Under the pieces are notes generated by a model. It searched no databases. It saw only the letters and a program-made list of their open reading frames with translations, and was not told the DNA's origin. DNA of 64,000 nt from a virus (taxonomy: Duplodnaviria > Heunggongvirae > Uroviricota > Caudoviricetes). A program made the position numbers and the translations under genes. This document shows, piece after piece, positions 18,875 through 28,086 of this stretch; the first letter of the stretch is position 1, and every line of letters begins with the position of its first letter. The stretch is from positions 1 to 64,000 of the IMG/VR virus record IMGVR_UViG_3300028797_000099. One strand, given 5' to 3'.

Positions 18875-18911
18875 AAATATAACTAATTAAACCCACTCTG
18901 TCAAGTGGGTT
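18875..18911 (-). promoter_or_regulatory. promoter TTGACA-17-TATATT with -35 in loop of AACCCAC/GTGGGTT hairpin
   Basis: Motif plus hairpin. A T-run lies on the plus side. Confidence 0.5.
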
Positions 18912-18943
18912 TTTTATTTTTTATTCGCCTTTCATTCAGGTCC

Positions 18944-19291
18944 TTAATCGTCCATGCCGAACACAGGCCCGTAAGCCCAAGGCAGCAAGTCATTATCATC
19001 CTCTGGGCTCATGTCTTCAACCATTTCCTTCCGTTCGGTCTTGTTCAAGATGCGTTCCTTTGTAATCTTGACATCGTGACGGTATGCCGACCTGCTGTTG
19101 TCGGACGGACCTGGCTTGGAACAAGTCATGCGGATTGCCGAATGCAAGTCCTCGATTGTCATGTTATACGACCTATCCAGGTCAGCCTGTGCCGCTTTTT
19201 CCTCTGGGGTCGGCAATTTATATGTTTCGTCGTGAGCTTTCAGATAGCGTCGGCGCTTCTTGTCTCGACGGTCCTTAACTGTATTGAACAT
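18944..19291 (-). CDS. hypothetical protein
   Basis: 115-aa ORF. Confidence 0.45.
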   Translation of the reverse strand: MFNTVKDRRDKKRRRYLKAHDETYKLPTPEEKAAQADLDRSYNMTIEDLHSAIRMTCSKPGPSDNSRSAYRHDVKITKERILNKTERKEMVEDMSPEDDNDLLPWAYGPVFGMDD

Positions 19292-19310
19292 CGGTAATTC
19301 CCTTGATTAA

Positions 19311-19622
19311 CTACACCTGATATCCGTGGAATTTTAGAATCTTTTCGAATGCCTCTTTCAGGTCGTTGACTGTGCCCATATCAATGTTCCTGTAGTTGTC
19401 CCACAGGCCGCTTAGACCAACTTCTTCAACCATGTCGAACACAGGGTTGTCACATTCGATGTCGCCTTCTTCGAGGTTAGCAAGTTCGTTGCATGACTCA
19501 TCAATTTCATCAAGCATATTGGCAATCGTAGGAAGCTCATATTCCGGCAATGCCTTTCGGATTTTTTTGACGGTTTCCCTGATATTGTCTACTGGCGGGT
19601 CAATCTCATCTGTATGAATCAT
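19311..19622 (-). CDS. hypothetical acidic protein
   Basis: Start MIHTDE behind an AAGGAGA RBS. Confidence 0.5.
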   Translation of the reverse strand: MIHTDEIDPPVDNIRETVKKIRKALPEYELPTIANMLDEIDESCNELANLEEGDIECDNPVFDMVEEVGLSGLWDNYRNIDMGTVNDLKEAFEKILKFHGYQV

Positions 19623-19719
19623 TTGATTCTCCTTAATTAAACTTAATCTAGTTAGGTGTGATTTCGAACGTGGCATTGGCTGAAAGAAATTCTTCGATGT
19701 AATCCATATTCATATAAAT

Positions 19720-20118
19720 TTATTCCTTTACTTTTACGGTCGCTTTCTTTTTCAGGAAGTTAAGCATATATTCCTTGTCTTTGGTAATGGTGCAGTCACG
19801 CCACTGGTCATATACTGCATATTCCCCACGAGGAAGCAAGGCGACGATTGCATTGTACGGTTCAGTACCTCCACGGAAGCATATCCAGCCACAGGTACCC
19901 TCGTCCTTCATGATACATTCAGGAATGTACTTTTTGCACAGTTCGATAAACGCTTGAACTTCCATAGGAGGTTCATATTCAGCCTTCTTGTCTTTCTTGC
20001 TGCCAATGGGTTTCGGACGGAGATATGCCTGAGCCCTCTCAATCACGACATCGATTTCTTTTCGCAGTTTGATTAGACGGTCAACCTCTTCCTGAGTAAA
20101 TTCTTTCTGAGGTTCCAT
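19720..20118 (-). CDS. hypothetical protein
   Basis: 132-aa ORF. Confidence 0.5.
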   Translation of the reverse strand: MEPQKEFTQEEVDRLIKLRKEIDVVIERAQAYLRPKPIGSKKDKKAEYEPPMEVQAFIELCKKYIPECIMKDEGTCGWICFRGGTEPYNAIVALLPRGEYAVYDQWRDCTITKDKEYMLNFLKKKATVKVKE

Positions 20119-20120
20119 AA

Positions 20121-20264
20121 CTATCTCCTTACGTCGATGGTAACGTCGATATGGTCAACGGTCTTCGTTCCTGTGCAATAGGCATCTATAACGAGGGTTC
20201 CGTCTGGGGTCATTCCCCTCACTTCGCTCTTTACGAGTTTCAATTCATCAGGCCATTCAGACAT
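20121..20264 (-). CDS. small hypothetical protein (47 aa, absent from ORF track)
   Basis: ATG behind a GGAGG RBS. MSEWPDELKLVKSEVRGMTPDG... Confidence 0.45.
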   Translation of the reverse strand: MSEWPDELKLVKSEVRGMTPDGTLVIDAYCTGTKTVDHIDVTIDVRR

Positions 20265-20265
20265 A

Positions 20266-20433
20266 TCAATCCTCCGCACCTTCGTGCATTTCTTTCATTT
20301 CGTATTTGAGCTTCTGCTTTTGTTTATACTGGTCCAGAGCATGATGGTAGTCACGCTTGCTGAATAGGTAGCCGTAGCTACGCTTTCCAGTCTTGGCCCA
20401 GTACAAAAATCCCCAGAAAAAATGTTGCGCCAT
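20266..20433 (-). CDS. small hypothetical protein (55 aa, absent from ORF track)
   Basis: MAQHFFWGFLYWAKTGKRSYGY... The stop lies 1 nt from the downstream ATG. Confidence 0.4.
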   Translation of the reverse strand: MAQHFFWGFLYWAKTGKRSYGYLFSKRDYHHALDQYKQKQKLKYEMKEMHEGAED

Positions 20434-20447
20434 AATGCCCCCATTTA

Positions 20448-20921
20448 TTATTTCACTTTAAATTTCTTTATCTCGGCATCAATATCGTCCAGCTTACTGT
20501 CATATTTGGCAAGGGCGGCGTTTTTCTGTGCAAGAATCCTTTTACGCTCGTCTTTCAGAGCATTGACCTTTTCTTCAGACAGTTCTGCCAATATATCCTC
20601 TTCACTCATGGACAGGTAACGAACAGGGACTTTCACCATGGTGAACCTACACCCTTGACACATTGCAGCACAGTAGCTCGGGCGGCAGTATATCGTCTCA
20701 TGCCCTTCGTTGTACTGCCACTGATAGCTCGACACCCAGCTCATCTTCTTTGCTAAGTACGGCAAAGCACCCGGCTCAGACACATTTAAACTCTGAGTAT
20801 TCACAAGAACAGTGACAATGCTTTTCAGTTTTTCGACGAGTCTTTTCTTCGCATCAAGATACTCGTCGAACACATTCTTGTCAGTGCAAGTTATGCCGTT
20901 ATCTTCTTTTGTAGTTGTCAT
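20448..20921 (-). CDS. hypothetical protein
   Basis: 157-aa ORF with a C-terminal coiled-coil-like region. Confidence 0.5.
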   Translation of the reverse strand: MTTTKEDNGITCTDKNVFDEYLDAKKRLVEKLKSIVTVLVNTQSLNVSEPGALPYLAKKMSWVSSYQWQYNEGHETIYCRPSYCAAMCQGCRFTMVKVPVRYLSMSEEDILAELSEEKVNALKDERKRILAQKNAALAKYDSKLDDIDAEIKKFKVK

Positions 20922-21309
20922 AACCTAATTCCTTTGCATGATTATTCAACCAAATGCTGTCAGCGACATACTGATTGCGGAGGACCGAACACCCGATATC
21001 CCCAGTCTCGCATACCGATGCAATTCTTACACCTCGATGATACAATTCAGCCGCATCGTTAACGAACTGTCGTTCACCGTACGCACGGGAATTGAACCCC
21101 CATGCGCATATCCCTAGTAGCAGAGCCAGGGAAGCACACACCGACCACCAAGGGCAAAATCCGTATGGGTCACTGTCGTCCTTGATATCGTATTCTCGAT
21201 GCTTCGCAAAAAATACTGCCAAGCAAACAAATACGATAAAGCCAACAATGCATATACACATCAGCCATGTCTGGATGGTAAACCAAGTTTCTAAACAGAG
21301 TACGTTCAT
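20899..21309 (-). CDS. membrane protein
   Basis: AGGAGG RBS. TM helices LMCICIVGFIVFVCLAVFFA and ASLALLLGICAW. Confidence 0.5.
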   Translation of the reverse strand: MNVLCLETWFTIQTWLMCICIVGFIVFVCLAVFFAKHREYDIKDDSDPYGFCPWWSVCASLALLLGICAWGFNSRAYGERQFVNDAAELYHRGVRIASVCETGDIGCSVLRNQYVADSIWLNNHAKELGYDNYKRR

Positions 21310-21317
21310 TTTTCCTC

Positions 21318-21497
21318 CTATTTACTGTGCAACGTGATATACAGATTGGCAAACTCAACGCCCGCTTCGAATCCTTGACGGAACCCCGCCTTAAACTCGA
21401 ATTCGTCGCATTCATCGTCAAACCTACAGGATTCCAGCGCACGGTCGAGAGCACTTTTGCAGCCCTTTTCTTGTTCTTTCTCAGGTATAAAATACAT
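21318..21497 (-). CDS. small hypothetical protein (59 aa)
   Basis: ORF in a different frame from track ORF 21170-21454, which I take to be spurious. Weak RBS. Confidence 0.3.
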   Translation of the reverse strand: MYFIPEKEQEKGCKSALDRALESCRFDDECDEFEFKAGFRQGFEAGVEFANLYITLHSK

Positions 21498-21499
21498 AT

Positions 21500-21721
21500 T
21501 TATCCCAACAAGGCAGAAGCTTTTACTTCAACGGAGAATTTGTTTTTGCAGTCCTCTTCCGGGCACTGAACTTCAATCCAGCGTTTGCCGTTAGGACAGC
21601 GTTCGGCACAGGTTGAATACTCGTCCGTATCGAACTCGCAGCCACATTTCGGGCAAGTAAATGTTTTGACAGCCTTAGCCTTCGGTTCCGGCTTGGTTCC
21701 ATGCTTCTTGATTTCGACCAT
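21500..21721 (-). CDS. zinc-ribbon protein
   Basis: CPKCGC...CAERC...CPEEDC. 73 aa. Confidence 0.5.
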   Translation of the reverse strand: MVEIKKHGTKPEPKAKAVKTFTCPKCGCEFDTDEYSTCAERCPNGKRWIEVQCPEEDCKNKFSVEVKASALLG

Positions 21722-21750
21722 ATGATACCTCTTTTAAGAATACTTAATTA

Positions 21751-21778
21751 AATATAGCATATTGCCGTAACTTGTCAA
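21751..21778 (-). promoter_or_regulatory. promoter TTGACA-16-TATATT
   Basis: Motif match. Confidence 0.45.
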
Positions 21779-21838
21779 GTCATTTTCCCGGAAAAGATGA
21801 AAAATATAGTTTAATTGCAAAACATCACAGGAAACCAA

Positions 21839-21982
21839 ATGGCAGCAAGAATCGTTGATACCGTATGTGCCACGCTCGTAATGCTGGCGGTCGCACTCGT
21901 CTCCCCACTCCTCATCGCAGCATACACGGAAGCAAAGAAGGCGGAACCCTGGCTAGACAAGAATCTTGACACGCAGAAGTAA
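21839..21982 (+). CDS. small membrane protein (47 aa, absent from ORF track)
   Basis: ATG behind an AGGAAACC RBS. TM helix VCATLVMLAVALVSPLLIAAY. Confidence 0.4.
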   Translation: MAARIVDTVCATLVMLAVALVSPLLIAAYTEAKKAEPWLDKNLDTQK

Positions 21983-21992
21983 ATTGTATATC
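21966..21992 (+). promoter_or_regulatory. plus-strand promoter TTGACA-15-TATATC
   Basis: Precedes the plus gene block 22020-24648. Confidence 0.35.
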
Positions 21993-22019
21993 TTTTACAT
22001 CAAGCTAAAAGGAAATAAT

Positions 22020-22304
22020 ATGAAAACTTATTGCGACAAAAAGCATCGAATCAAGCACAGGAAGGACGGAACATTCGCCACTCCTCAATGGAAGGGGCTT
22101 TTCTTCTGGCACAGCTACACTTACTATCCGCTAGACATGGTGATGGGCAATTTGGTCCTGTACTGCGAACCTCGCCATCCAGAGTTCGACACATTTGACC
22201 GTGCCCTCAAATTCATCCACGCTGCGATGGAAAACGAAAAGAACGGGGGCGCCAAAATCGGCGTCGTGCTAGGCCGAGAAGACGGGACAGAAGACTGGAG
22301 GTAA
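22020..22304 (+). CDS. hypothetical protein
   Basis: Start MKTYCD behind an AAAGGAAAT RBS. Downstream of the plus promoter at 21966-21992. Confidence 0.5.
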   Translation: MKTYCDKKHRIKHRKDGTFATPQWKGLFFWHSYTYYPLDMVMGNLVLYCEPRHPEFDTFDRALKFIHAAMENEKNGGAKIGVVLGREDGTEDWR

Positions 22305-22311
22305 CGGCAAT

Positions 22312-22671
22312 ATGATTAAATCTACTATACAGCAACAGCTATTCGACAAATATGCACCTGACCCATCGGGTGGCACATGGAACATCCAGCGTCTTGCCGA
22401 TACAATATCCGATAGGCCATCCCCTTCTGGAGACATACTGCGAAAGTGGTTGTTCCGTCTTGATGAAACCTGTATCAAGACACGTATACACAAGGAGGGA
22501 ATTTACGAATTTATCGTGGCTAACGACTGCTGGCTCTTTATCAATGACCCCAACGATTTAAAGAATGGCGTTACATGGCGTACAAATAGCGTCGCCTGGG
22601 CCAATGCTACCGACCAAGATGTCGAACAGTGCCTGAACAACTTAACCGAGTATTTTAAAACCTTAAACTAA
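22312..22671 (+). CDS. hypothetical protein
   Basis: 119-aa ORF. Confidence 0.5.
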   Translation: MIKSTIQQQLFDKYAPDPSGGTWNIQRLADTISDRPSPSGDILRKWLFRLDETCIKTRIHKEGIYEFIVANDCWLFINDPNDLKNGVTWRTNSVAWANATDQDVEQCLNNLTEYFKTLN

Positions 22672-22683
22672 ATAAAGGATACT

Positions 22684-23556
22684 ATGCTTCTAGGAGAACT
22701 TGTCCCCCTATACAAAAAACACGGCGACTTGCCCATCTACTACCGTGATTTCGACGGAATGATGATAGAGGCGGGCTGCCATTACATACACTCATCAATC
22801 CAGGGCTTCCACAAGCTGATTATCCCGTGCGACGAGATGGAAACTGTAATGCGTCTCGGCACAGGGAAGGTAGTGACCCGGCAGAAAGCCCAACCATGTA
22901 CATTAAAGACGGTTGTCGATGAAGCATCAGAGGAGTGCGACATCCCAGTCTATGTCAAGTATTTCACCGACACAGACTTCAACCCGAACAGCGCACGATG
23001 TGAAGTCATGGACGGAAAGCTGGTGTTCTACAACGACAAGGATGTCTGGGATGAATGCGAGAACTACAAGAAAAAGCGTGACGAAGCCCAGCGTGAGCGC
23101 ATGAAACAGAGCGGAGGCGCCTTCGATGTCCAGCTCCCAATCATTCGCAATGCTCAGCCTCAACTTCTCTCAACCCTACTCGTCGGGGTTGAACCGATTG
23201 AAGGCCCGCTTCCACGAGTAGACGTTACGGCAGGCGAGAAAAAAGAATCCAAAATGGAGGCCGCACACAGGCTGTACAACAGTTTCTGCGGCCCGTACAA
23301 GGAGAAACTGGATGCTGCACACAGGCTGTACAAGTCCACCGCATCTACTATAATGACCGAGCTCGAATTCTGGCAGGAGATGGCATACCGACTCGCCGAG
23401 AGCGCCGATACAGCAAGCCGAGCATCCAGAAGGGAACACGAGCATTTCCTTGCGTACCTGTCTGAACTGGATGCAAAGGAAAAGGAATTCAAGTTTCCAC
23501 ACAAGTCCCCTACCGAAATCTTCAAGCAGTGGGAAGAAAAGAAGCCGTCGAAGTAA
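22684..23556 (+). CDS. hypothetical protein with internal AAHRLY repeat
   Basis: 290 aa with a duplicated MEAAHRLYNSF / LDAAHRLYKST segment. Confidence 0.5.
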   Translation: MLLGELVPLYKKHGDLPIYYRDFDGMMIEAGCHYIHSSIQGFHKLIIPCDEMETVMRLGTGKVVTRQKAQPCTLKTVVDEASEECDIPVYVKYFTDTDFNPNSARCEVMDGKLVFYNDKDVWDECENYKKKRDEAQRERMKQSGGAFDVQLPIIRNAQPQLLSTLLVGVEPIEGPLPRVDVTAGEKKESKMEAAHRLYNSFCGPYKEKLDAAHRLYKSTASTIMTELEFWQEMAYRLAESADTASRASRREHEHFLAYLSELDAKEKEFKFPHKSPTEIFKQWEEKKPSK

Positions 23557-23593
23557 AAATTCTGTTTACATTCATTATTTTTTCGCTCGTGTA

Positions 23594-23622
23594 TTGACAC
23601 GGGCGATTTTATTATGTATATT
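23594..23622 (+). promoter_or_regulatory. plus-strand promoter TTGACA-17-TATATT overlapping hairpin CGCTCGTG...CACGGGCG
   Basis: Motif match. Confidence 0.5.
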
Positions 23623-23652
23623 TAATTACGTAATTAAAACAAAGGAGGCCAC

Positions 23653-23787
23653 ATGGCTGAGAACAATAACGAACAGGTTCAAGAAACCACACAGACCGCT
23701 TTCGAACGCAGTCTGAGTGGCGAATCCATTCAGGAAAGCATCATGGCTATGGCCCACCTCAACGACATGTCCAAGTGGGACGAATAA
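23653..23787 (+). CDS. small hypothetical protein (44 aa)
   Basis: AAAGGAGG RBS. Downstream of the plus promoter at 23594-23622. Confidence 0.45.
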   Translation: MAENNNEQVQETTQTAFERSLSGESIQESIMAMAHLNDMSKWDE

Positions 23788-23803
23788 ATAAAAAGGAGAC
23801 ATT

Positions 23804-24172
23804 ATGCCTACAATCACATCATCAGATATCATTTCCTATTACGCATCCTTGGCTGAATTCGGTCGTCACCGTCTCTTTGAAGGCATCCGATTCGATAGCG
23901 GAAAGGGAAAGTTCGTCAAACTGCCTTACCCCACTGGCAGCCACTTCGATAGCCGCATCGGTCAATTCGTCAAGGGAGAACCCGAAGCCATCGAAATTCC
24001 CGAACCCGATTGGGAAAATCGACATGGCCAGTACAGCATGGTCCTCAAAGTTGTCGACCCGAGCCGTGATTTACCCGTGGAAAAAATCAGTGACAGGAAT
24101 TCCAAGTTGATGTGCAACGACGATTACTACAAGGAGTCCTTGCACAAACTCTTGGCAGAACACGGCTATTAG
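23804..24172 (+). CDS. hypothetical protein
   Basis: AAAAGGAGA RBS. 122 aa. Confidence 0.55.
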   Translation: MPTITSSDIISYYASLAEFGRHRLFEGIRFDSGKGKFVKLPYPTGSHFDSRIGQFVKGEPEAIEIPEPDWENRHGQYSMVLKVVDPSRDLPVEKISDRNSKLMCNDDYYKESLHKLLAEHGY

Positions 24173-24182
24173 GAGACATCGT

Positions 24183-24398
24183 ATGCCCGTATATATTGGT
24201 GAAGGTCCGAGAGAGAAGTATTGGCAGGACAGTCAAGGCAAATGGCATCACGCTCTCGGGAACGGCAATTCATTCGACACAAAGGAAGCTGCCGAAGATG
24301 ATTACAAGAGCCAGGGTCATGTAGGGTGGGTAGAAACCCCGCAAGGCTTCATCTGCATGGTGGCACTATTCCTGATTCTACTATTCCTTTGTCACTAA
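24183..24398 (+). CDS. small protein with C-terminal TM helix
   Basis: 71 aa with a C-terminal ICMVALFLILLFLC helix. Confidence 0.45.
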   Translation: MPVYIGEGPREKYWQDSQGKWHHALGNGNSFDTKEAAEDDYKSQGHVGWVETPQGFICMVALFLILLFLCH

Positions 24399-24408
24399 AG
24401 GAGGAACA

Positions 24409-24648
24409 ATGTATAATGAACAATTAGCAAAGATGCTGGCCGAATATCTTAAAAAAGACCTTGTTTCGGTCAGGATTAGCGGAACCAATAAGCATCTGAA
24501 AATCATCAATGTCGAGGACAGCTGCGATGTGGGGATGCTTGATATCGTGGTAGAACCCTTTACGGATGAAATCAATTATTACTCGGAAACCCATGACTAC
24601 GCAAACATAATTGAGAAGTCCGAGAAAGACGAAAACAGGATGGCTTAG
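24409..24648 (+). CDS. hypothetical protein
   Basis: AAAGGAGGAACA RBS. The stop sits inside the terminator hairpin. Confidence 0.55.
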   Translation: MYNEQLAKMLAEYLKKDLVSVRISGTNKHLKIINVEDSCDVGMLDIVVEPFTDEINYYSETHDYANIIEKSEKDENRMA

Positions 24649-24664
24649 CCATCCTTTATTTTAT
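24637..24664. terminator. bidirectional rho-independent terminator
   Basis: AGGATGGC-TTA-GCCATCCT, then TTATTTTAT. Sits between convergent genes. Confidence 0.6.
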
Positions 24665-24845
24665 CCCATCTTTTTGATAGTTCATTAACCTTGTCAGCCA
24701 TCTTCTGCTCATAATAGGCGGTAGATGACACACAGGCGTCAGGATACTTGTCCACCAGAGGCTGCAGGTCAGCTTCGTCGTAGACAGGGATAGAATCCTT
24801 CGTTCCGTAACCGTTAGGATATACGATGAATACTGGACTGGACAT
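24645..24845 (-). CDS. small hypothetical protein
   Basis: Start trimmed to MSSPVF behind an AGGAGG RBS. The longer upstream reading looks like an Arg-rich artifact. Confidence 0.45.
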   Translation of the reverse strand: MSSPVFIVYPNGYGTKDSIPVYDEADLQPLVDKYPDACVSSTAYYEQKMADKVNELSKRWDKIKDG

Positions 24846-24852
24846 ATTCCTC

Positions 24853-25173
24853 CTACGACCAGGTGATGACGTAGTACACCTTGTCCTTCTCGGCTCCCCA
24901 CGCCGGGTTTCCCGTCCGCATTTCAATCTTTGGGTTCTTGAACACCATGCGGCGAGACATGTCGTCAGCCTTTGGATAACCCAGGGTAAACACAAGGGTA
25001 TCAAACTCCCTCGGAACATCGGGAATGGATATGCGCCCATCGGCATAGTCAATAACTGGTCGCATCAACCGCTTGGTCCAGAACGGCTTGATTTCACGGT
25101 ACTCTTCCGTTTTCACCCCGCTCTTAATCAAGTCGAACCATTTCTTTTTCAAAGTAAGGGTAAGCGTAGCCAT
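24853..25173 (-). CDS. hypothetical protein (possible ASCH/PUA-like fold)
   Basis: 106 aa. The N-terminal LTLKKKWFDLIKSGVKTEEYR pattern is reminiscent of ASCH domains. Confidence 0.3.
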   Translation of the reverse strand: MATLTLTLKKKWFDLIKSGVKTEEYREIKPFWTKRLMRPVIDYADGRISIPDVPREFDTLVFTLGYPKADDMSRRMVFKNPKIEMRTGNPAWGAEKDKVYYVITWS

Positions 25174-25174
25174 A

Positions 25175-25483
25175 TCAATAATCCTTCCTCTCGCTCATGT
25201 ACTTATGATAGCTGTTGATATACTTCTTGGCATATTCCAGCAAATCAAATCTAATTTCATTGACATTACATACGTGATAATTGCCACGACCCCCATATGT
25301 GTCGCCACAACCCATTTCGCCCGTATTTTTATCAAGGACGATAAAATATTCCAGCAAGGGAACATCCGGGAGCTTGAAGAGATAACTGCGGGGTTCTTTC
25401 TCCATCACCCATGTATGTTCCGTACAAATAAACCCGAGCGGTTCAAGGATTTCTTTAAGCTTATCTACATTCCACTCAGCCAT
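25175..25483 (-). CDS. hypothetical protein
   Basis: 102-aa ORF. Confidence 0.5.
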   Translation of the reverse strand: MAEWNVDKLKEILEPLGFICTEHTWVMEKEPRSYLFKLPDVPLLEYFIVLDKNTGEMGCGDTYGGRGNYHVCNVNEIRFDLLEYAKKYINSYHKYMSERKDY

Positions 25484-25484
25484 A

Positions 25485-25757
25485 TCAGACCTTCTTTACC
25501 CCGAAACGCAGCATATTGTATTCCTTCAACGCCTGTCTCTCCATGCGGTTCTTACGCATTTGGAGTTCGGCGTTCTTGCCATGCCCGAGAGCGCTGATGA
25601 TAAAACTGAGGTCTGTGGTGGACTTGCGGTTCCTGCTCAGCACTCGCTTGGCAAGATATATAGCATAGTCGTATTCCGTATCGAATACAAGGTTCTTCTT
25701 CTCGTCGACAAAATACGGGTTGCCGACAAGGTCCAACTGATGTTTGGCTTTTTTCAT
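25485..25757 (-). CDS. hypothetical protein
   Basis: Start MKKAKH. Downstream of the promoter at 25783-25811. Confidence 0.45.
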   Translation of the reverse strand: MKKAKHQLDLVGNPYFVDEKKNLVFDTEYDYAIYLAKRVLSRNRKSTTDLSFIISALGHGKNAELQMRKNRMERQALKEYNMLRFGVKKV

Positions 25758-25782
25758 GTGAAATCCTTTTATGTTTCCATTA

Positions 25783-25811
25783 AATATAGAAAATAAAAAG
25801 ACGGTTGTCAA
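25783..25811 (-). promoter_or_regulatory. promoter TTGACA-17-TATATT
   Basis: Motif match. Confidence 0.45.
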
Positions 25812-25815
25812 CTTA

Positions 25816-26007
25816 TTAGATTGAACCTACGGAATCGTTCTTAAATACAGAGTATTCTCCGTGCAGCCCGTCGAGTTTCCATGATGTGACAATGGCCTTT
25901 ACATCCTTTGTCGTATCAGCCAGTCCGAACTTAGCACCACGCTTTGTTGTGGCCCCAAGAATAACGAAATATTTAGACCCAGTATCTAGCAAATGCCCTT
26001 TGCTCAT
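25816..26007 (-). CDS. small hypothetical protein
   Basis: 63-aa ORF. Confidence 0.4.
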   Translation of the reverse strand: MSKGHLLDTGSKYFVILGATTKRGAKFGLADTTKDVKAIVTSWKLDGLHGEYSVFKNDSVGSI

Positions 26008-26028
26008 GTCAACCTCCTTATATTAATA

Positions 26029-26622
26029 TTATATATTTTCCCTTATCTGTTTCAGGCACTCGTCGATACTCTTCATATGCTTTCGTATATTCGCAACCGA
26101 CATGCTTTTTCTTGCCATAGGGTTCCTAGCTATAAACGCATAATTAGGGTCGACTCGACAGAAGCCTTCATCCCGTTTAGCTTTTCTCAACTGGATTACG
26201 GCATCGTCCATCAACCTCATCGCCGTACACAGGTCATATACTTCAGCCCCAAGTCCTATACCTTGCAGCATTTCCTTAAGCTCTGTCATCAGATATGTTC
26301 CGTTAGGACTATTCGACAAATTAGAATCCTCGGTTGCCATTCTGAACGGGTTAAGCATGGAGTCCACCTTATCCAGCATCCTCTTGATTCTCTGTATCTT
26401 CAGGTCTTCTTCCTTGGGTGCTTCGGTGAAGGCAGAACCCTCTGTATTAGGCTCATCAGGGCTCTCAGGAACATCCTGGATATCAGCATGGGTTTCATCA
26501 TTTTCTGGGTCAAGCGTGGACTCGAACAGGGAAATGACAGTGTCTTCCTTATCTTTCGACATGCCAAGTTTATGAACGCTTTCCAAGAACAACTTTTTGC
26601 GGAATTGATTGTCGCAGAACAT
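26029..26622 (-). CDS. hypothetical acidic protein
   Basis: The track start is a GTG. The first ATG (MFCDNQ) is used here. Confidence 0.45.
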   Translation of the reverse strand: MFCDNQFRKKLFLESVHKLGMSKDKEDTVISLFESTLDPENDETHADIQDVPESPDEPNTEGSAFTEAPKEEDLKIQRIKRMLDKVDSMLNPFRMATEDSNLSNSPNGTYLMTELKEMLQGIGLGAEVYDLCTAMRLMDDAVIQLRKAKRDEGFCRVDPNYAFIARNPMARKSMSVANIRKHMKSIDECLKQIRENI

Positions 26623-26665
26623 AGTATAAACCAAATTCACTTGACTATAGTTTATATAATAAAAA

Positions 26666-26688
26666 CCCGCACGGAAGTTCCGTACGGG
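26666..26688. terminator. hairpin terminator CCCGCACGG-AAGTT-CCGTACGGG
   Basis: One-mismatch stem flanked by an A-run and a T-run. Confidence 0.45.
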
Positions 26689-26703
26689 CCATTTAAATTG
26701 GAT

Positions 26704-26898
26704 TTACTTGGAGTTCTTTTCCTTTCTCAGCTCATGGTTCTCTTTCAAGATGTCAATAAGCTTGCAGGTCAGGATTCCCATTAAAAATCCTACACAAACA
26801 CCAATCAGTACAATCATTCTTCCAACCTGCTCATGTTGATTCCCGAGAAGTTCGGCGTGATTGTGTTGGCTTCTGCGCCAGGGAACTTTCCGTTCCAC
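26704..26898 (-). CDS. small membrane protein
   Basis: TM helix MIVLIGVCVGFLMGILTC. The start is uncertain; an ATG at 26820 is an alternative. Confidence 0.35.
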   Translation of the reverse strand: MERKVPWRRSQHNHAELLGNQHEQVGRMIVLIGVCVGFLMGILTCKLIDILKENHELRKEKNSK

Positions 26899-27761
26899 CT
26901 TTCGAGACGGGCCATTGTTTCTTCATGCTTCCATGCGCTCTGTTGGATTGCATAGTTGGCTGCAATAGCCTTGTTCTTGGCAATCATAGCCTTAGCTTCG
27001 GCTTCGGCTTCCACGATGGTCGCCTGGGCGTTACGCTTAGCGATTTCGAGTTCGTTTTCGGCCTTGTTAAGAGCGTTACGGTAGGTGGCAGAGTCGGCCT
27101 GCAACTGGGCACGGGCGGTAACAACCTTCTTTTCGTTGATAGCCTTTTCGATTTCCACATCAGCCTTTGCAGTCTTTTCCTTCTGCGTCTTAATCATGGT
27201 CTCCTTAATCTGATTATCGAAGTCATCCGTCCAATCCCAGTTGGAAATGTTCACGTCCTGAATCGTAATCGGCATCTTGGCGCACTTGACTTCCATCATC
27301 CTCTTCAACTCGTCGGAAATCTTGTCGGTTTCCTTGGTCAAGTCGTAGATGGAGTACTTGCCGATGACAACCTTCAATGTGGCCTTCATGTTGGACTTGA
27401 AGAAGCTTTCCAATGAAGACTTTGTGTAGTTGCGGACGAAGTTTTCGGCTTCGTCTTCGTTGAACGCATAGATGATTGACATGGAAACGCCCACCGTCTG
27501 CATGTCCTTAGTGATTGCACCGTCATCGCCCACGGCATAGGTGAAGTCATCCTTCTGCGGGGAGAGTTCGATTGTGGTTACACTCTGGACGACCGGAATC
27601 TTGAAGGTAACGCCGTTTCCACGGGGAATAGTGCCAGAAATCTTACCCAAGGTCTTGACGACGGCAACTTCGTTCGGTTCCACGTTCGTGAAAGAGAAGA
27701 GGGCGCCAACACCAAGTACGGCGATAACGGCGACGATGATGAATACTTTGAGCTTACTCAT
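26814..27761 (-). CDS. SPFH/Band-7 (HflC/prohibitin-like) membrane protein
   Basis: N-terminal TM, then the SPFH core EVAVVKTLGKISGTIPRGNGVTFKIPVVQSV. C-terminal coiled coil rich in A/E/K. Confidence 0.7.
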   Translation of the reverse strand: MSKLKVFIIVAVIAVLGVGALFSFTNVEPNEVAVVKTLGKISGTIPRGNGVTFKIPVVQSVTTIELSPQKDDFTYAVGDDGAITKDMQTVGVSMSIIYAFNEDEAENFVRNYTKSSLESFFKSNMKATLKVVIGKYSIYDLTKETDKISDELKRMMEVKCAKMPITIQDVNISNWDWTDDFDNQIKETMIKTQKEKTAKADVEIEKAINEKKVVTARAQLQADSATYRNALNKAENELEIAKRNAQATIVEAEAEAKAMIAKNKAIAANYAIQQSAWKHEETMARLERWNGKFPGAEANTITPNFSGINMSRLEE

Positions 27762-27798
27762 TGTGTTTTCCTTTGTTGAGGTGATTGATTAGATTAGA

Positions 27799-28053
27799 TT
27801 AGATTAAACCATCGAAGGCACCTAGCCCCGCATACAAACTGATTATGCGTCTAGCATTGTTGCTTTCGGCACGCTCCAACCGGGCTGCAGCCTCTGGGTA
27901 AATCAGTTGGTGCTCAACATTTTTCAACCCGAAGATGGCATCCCTTGTGCGGTCAAAGTGTTCCTCGTCAGATGCAAAGAATCGTTTGCACCAGCCGATA
28001 TGAATCCATTTGCCACGATATTCGTATTGGAGGTAGGTGTGCTTCATGTACAA
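27799..28053 (-). CDS. hypothetical protein
   Basis: 84 aa. Downstream of the promoter at 28054-28082. Confidence 0.45.
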   Translation of the reverse strand: MYMKHTYLQYEYRGKWIHIGWCKRFFASDEEHFDRTRDAIFGLKNVEHQLIYPEAAARLERAESNNARRIISLYAGLGAFDGLI

Positions 28054-28082
28054 AAATATAGCACATTAAAAGTCGGCTGTCA
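28054..28082 (-). promoter_or_regulatory. promoter TTGACA-17-TATATT
   Basis: Motif match. Confidence 0.5.
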
Positions 28083-28086
28083 AGGG

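Noticed and set aside
27776-27800. GATTA x4.5 tandem repeat
   Set aside because: Too short and isolated. It is not a CRISPR array or a satellite and is more likely a spacer or UTR quirk.
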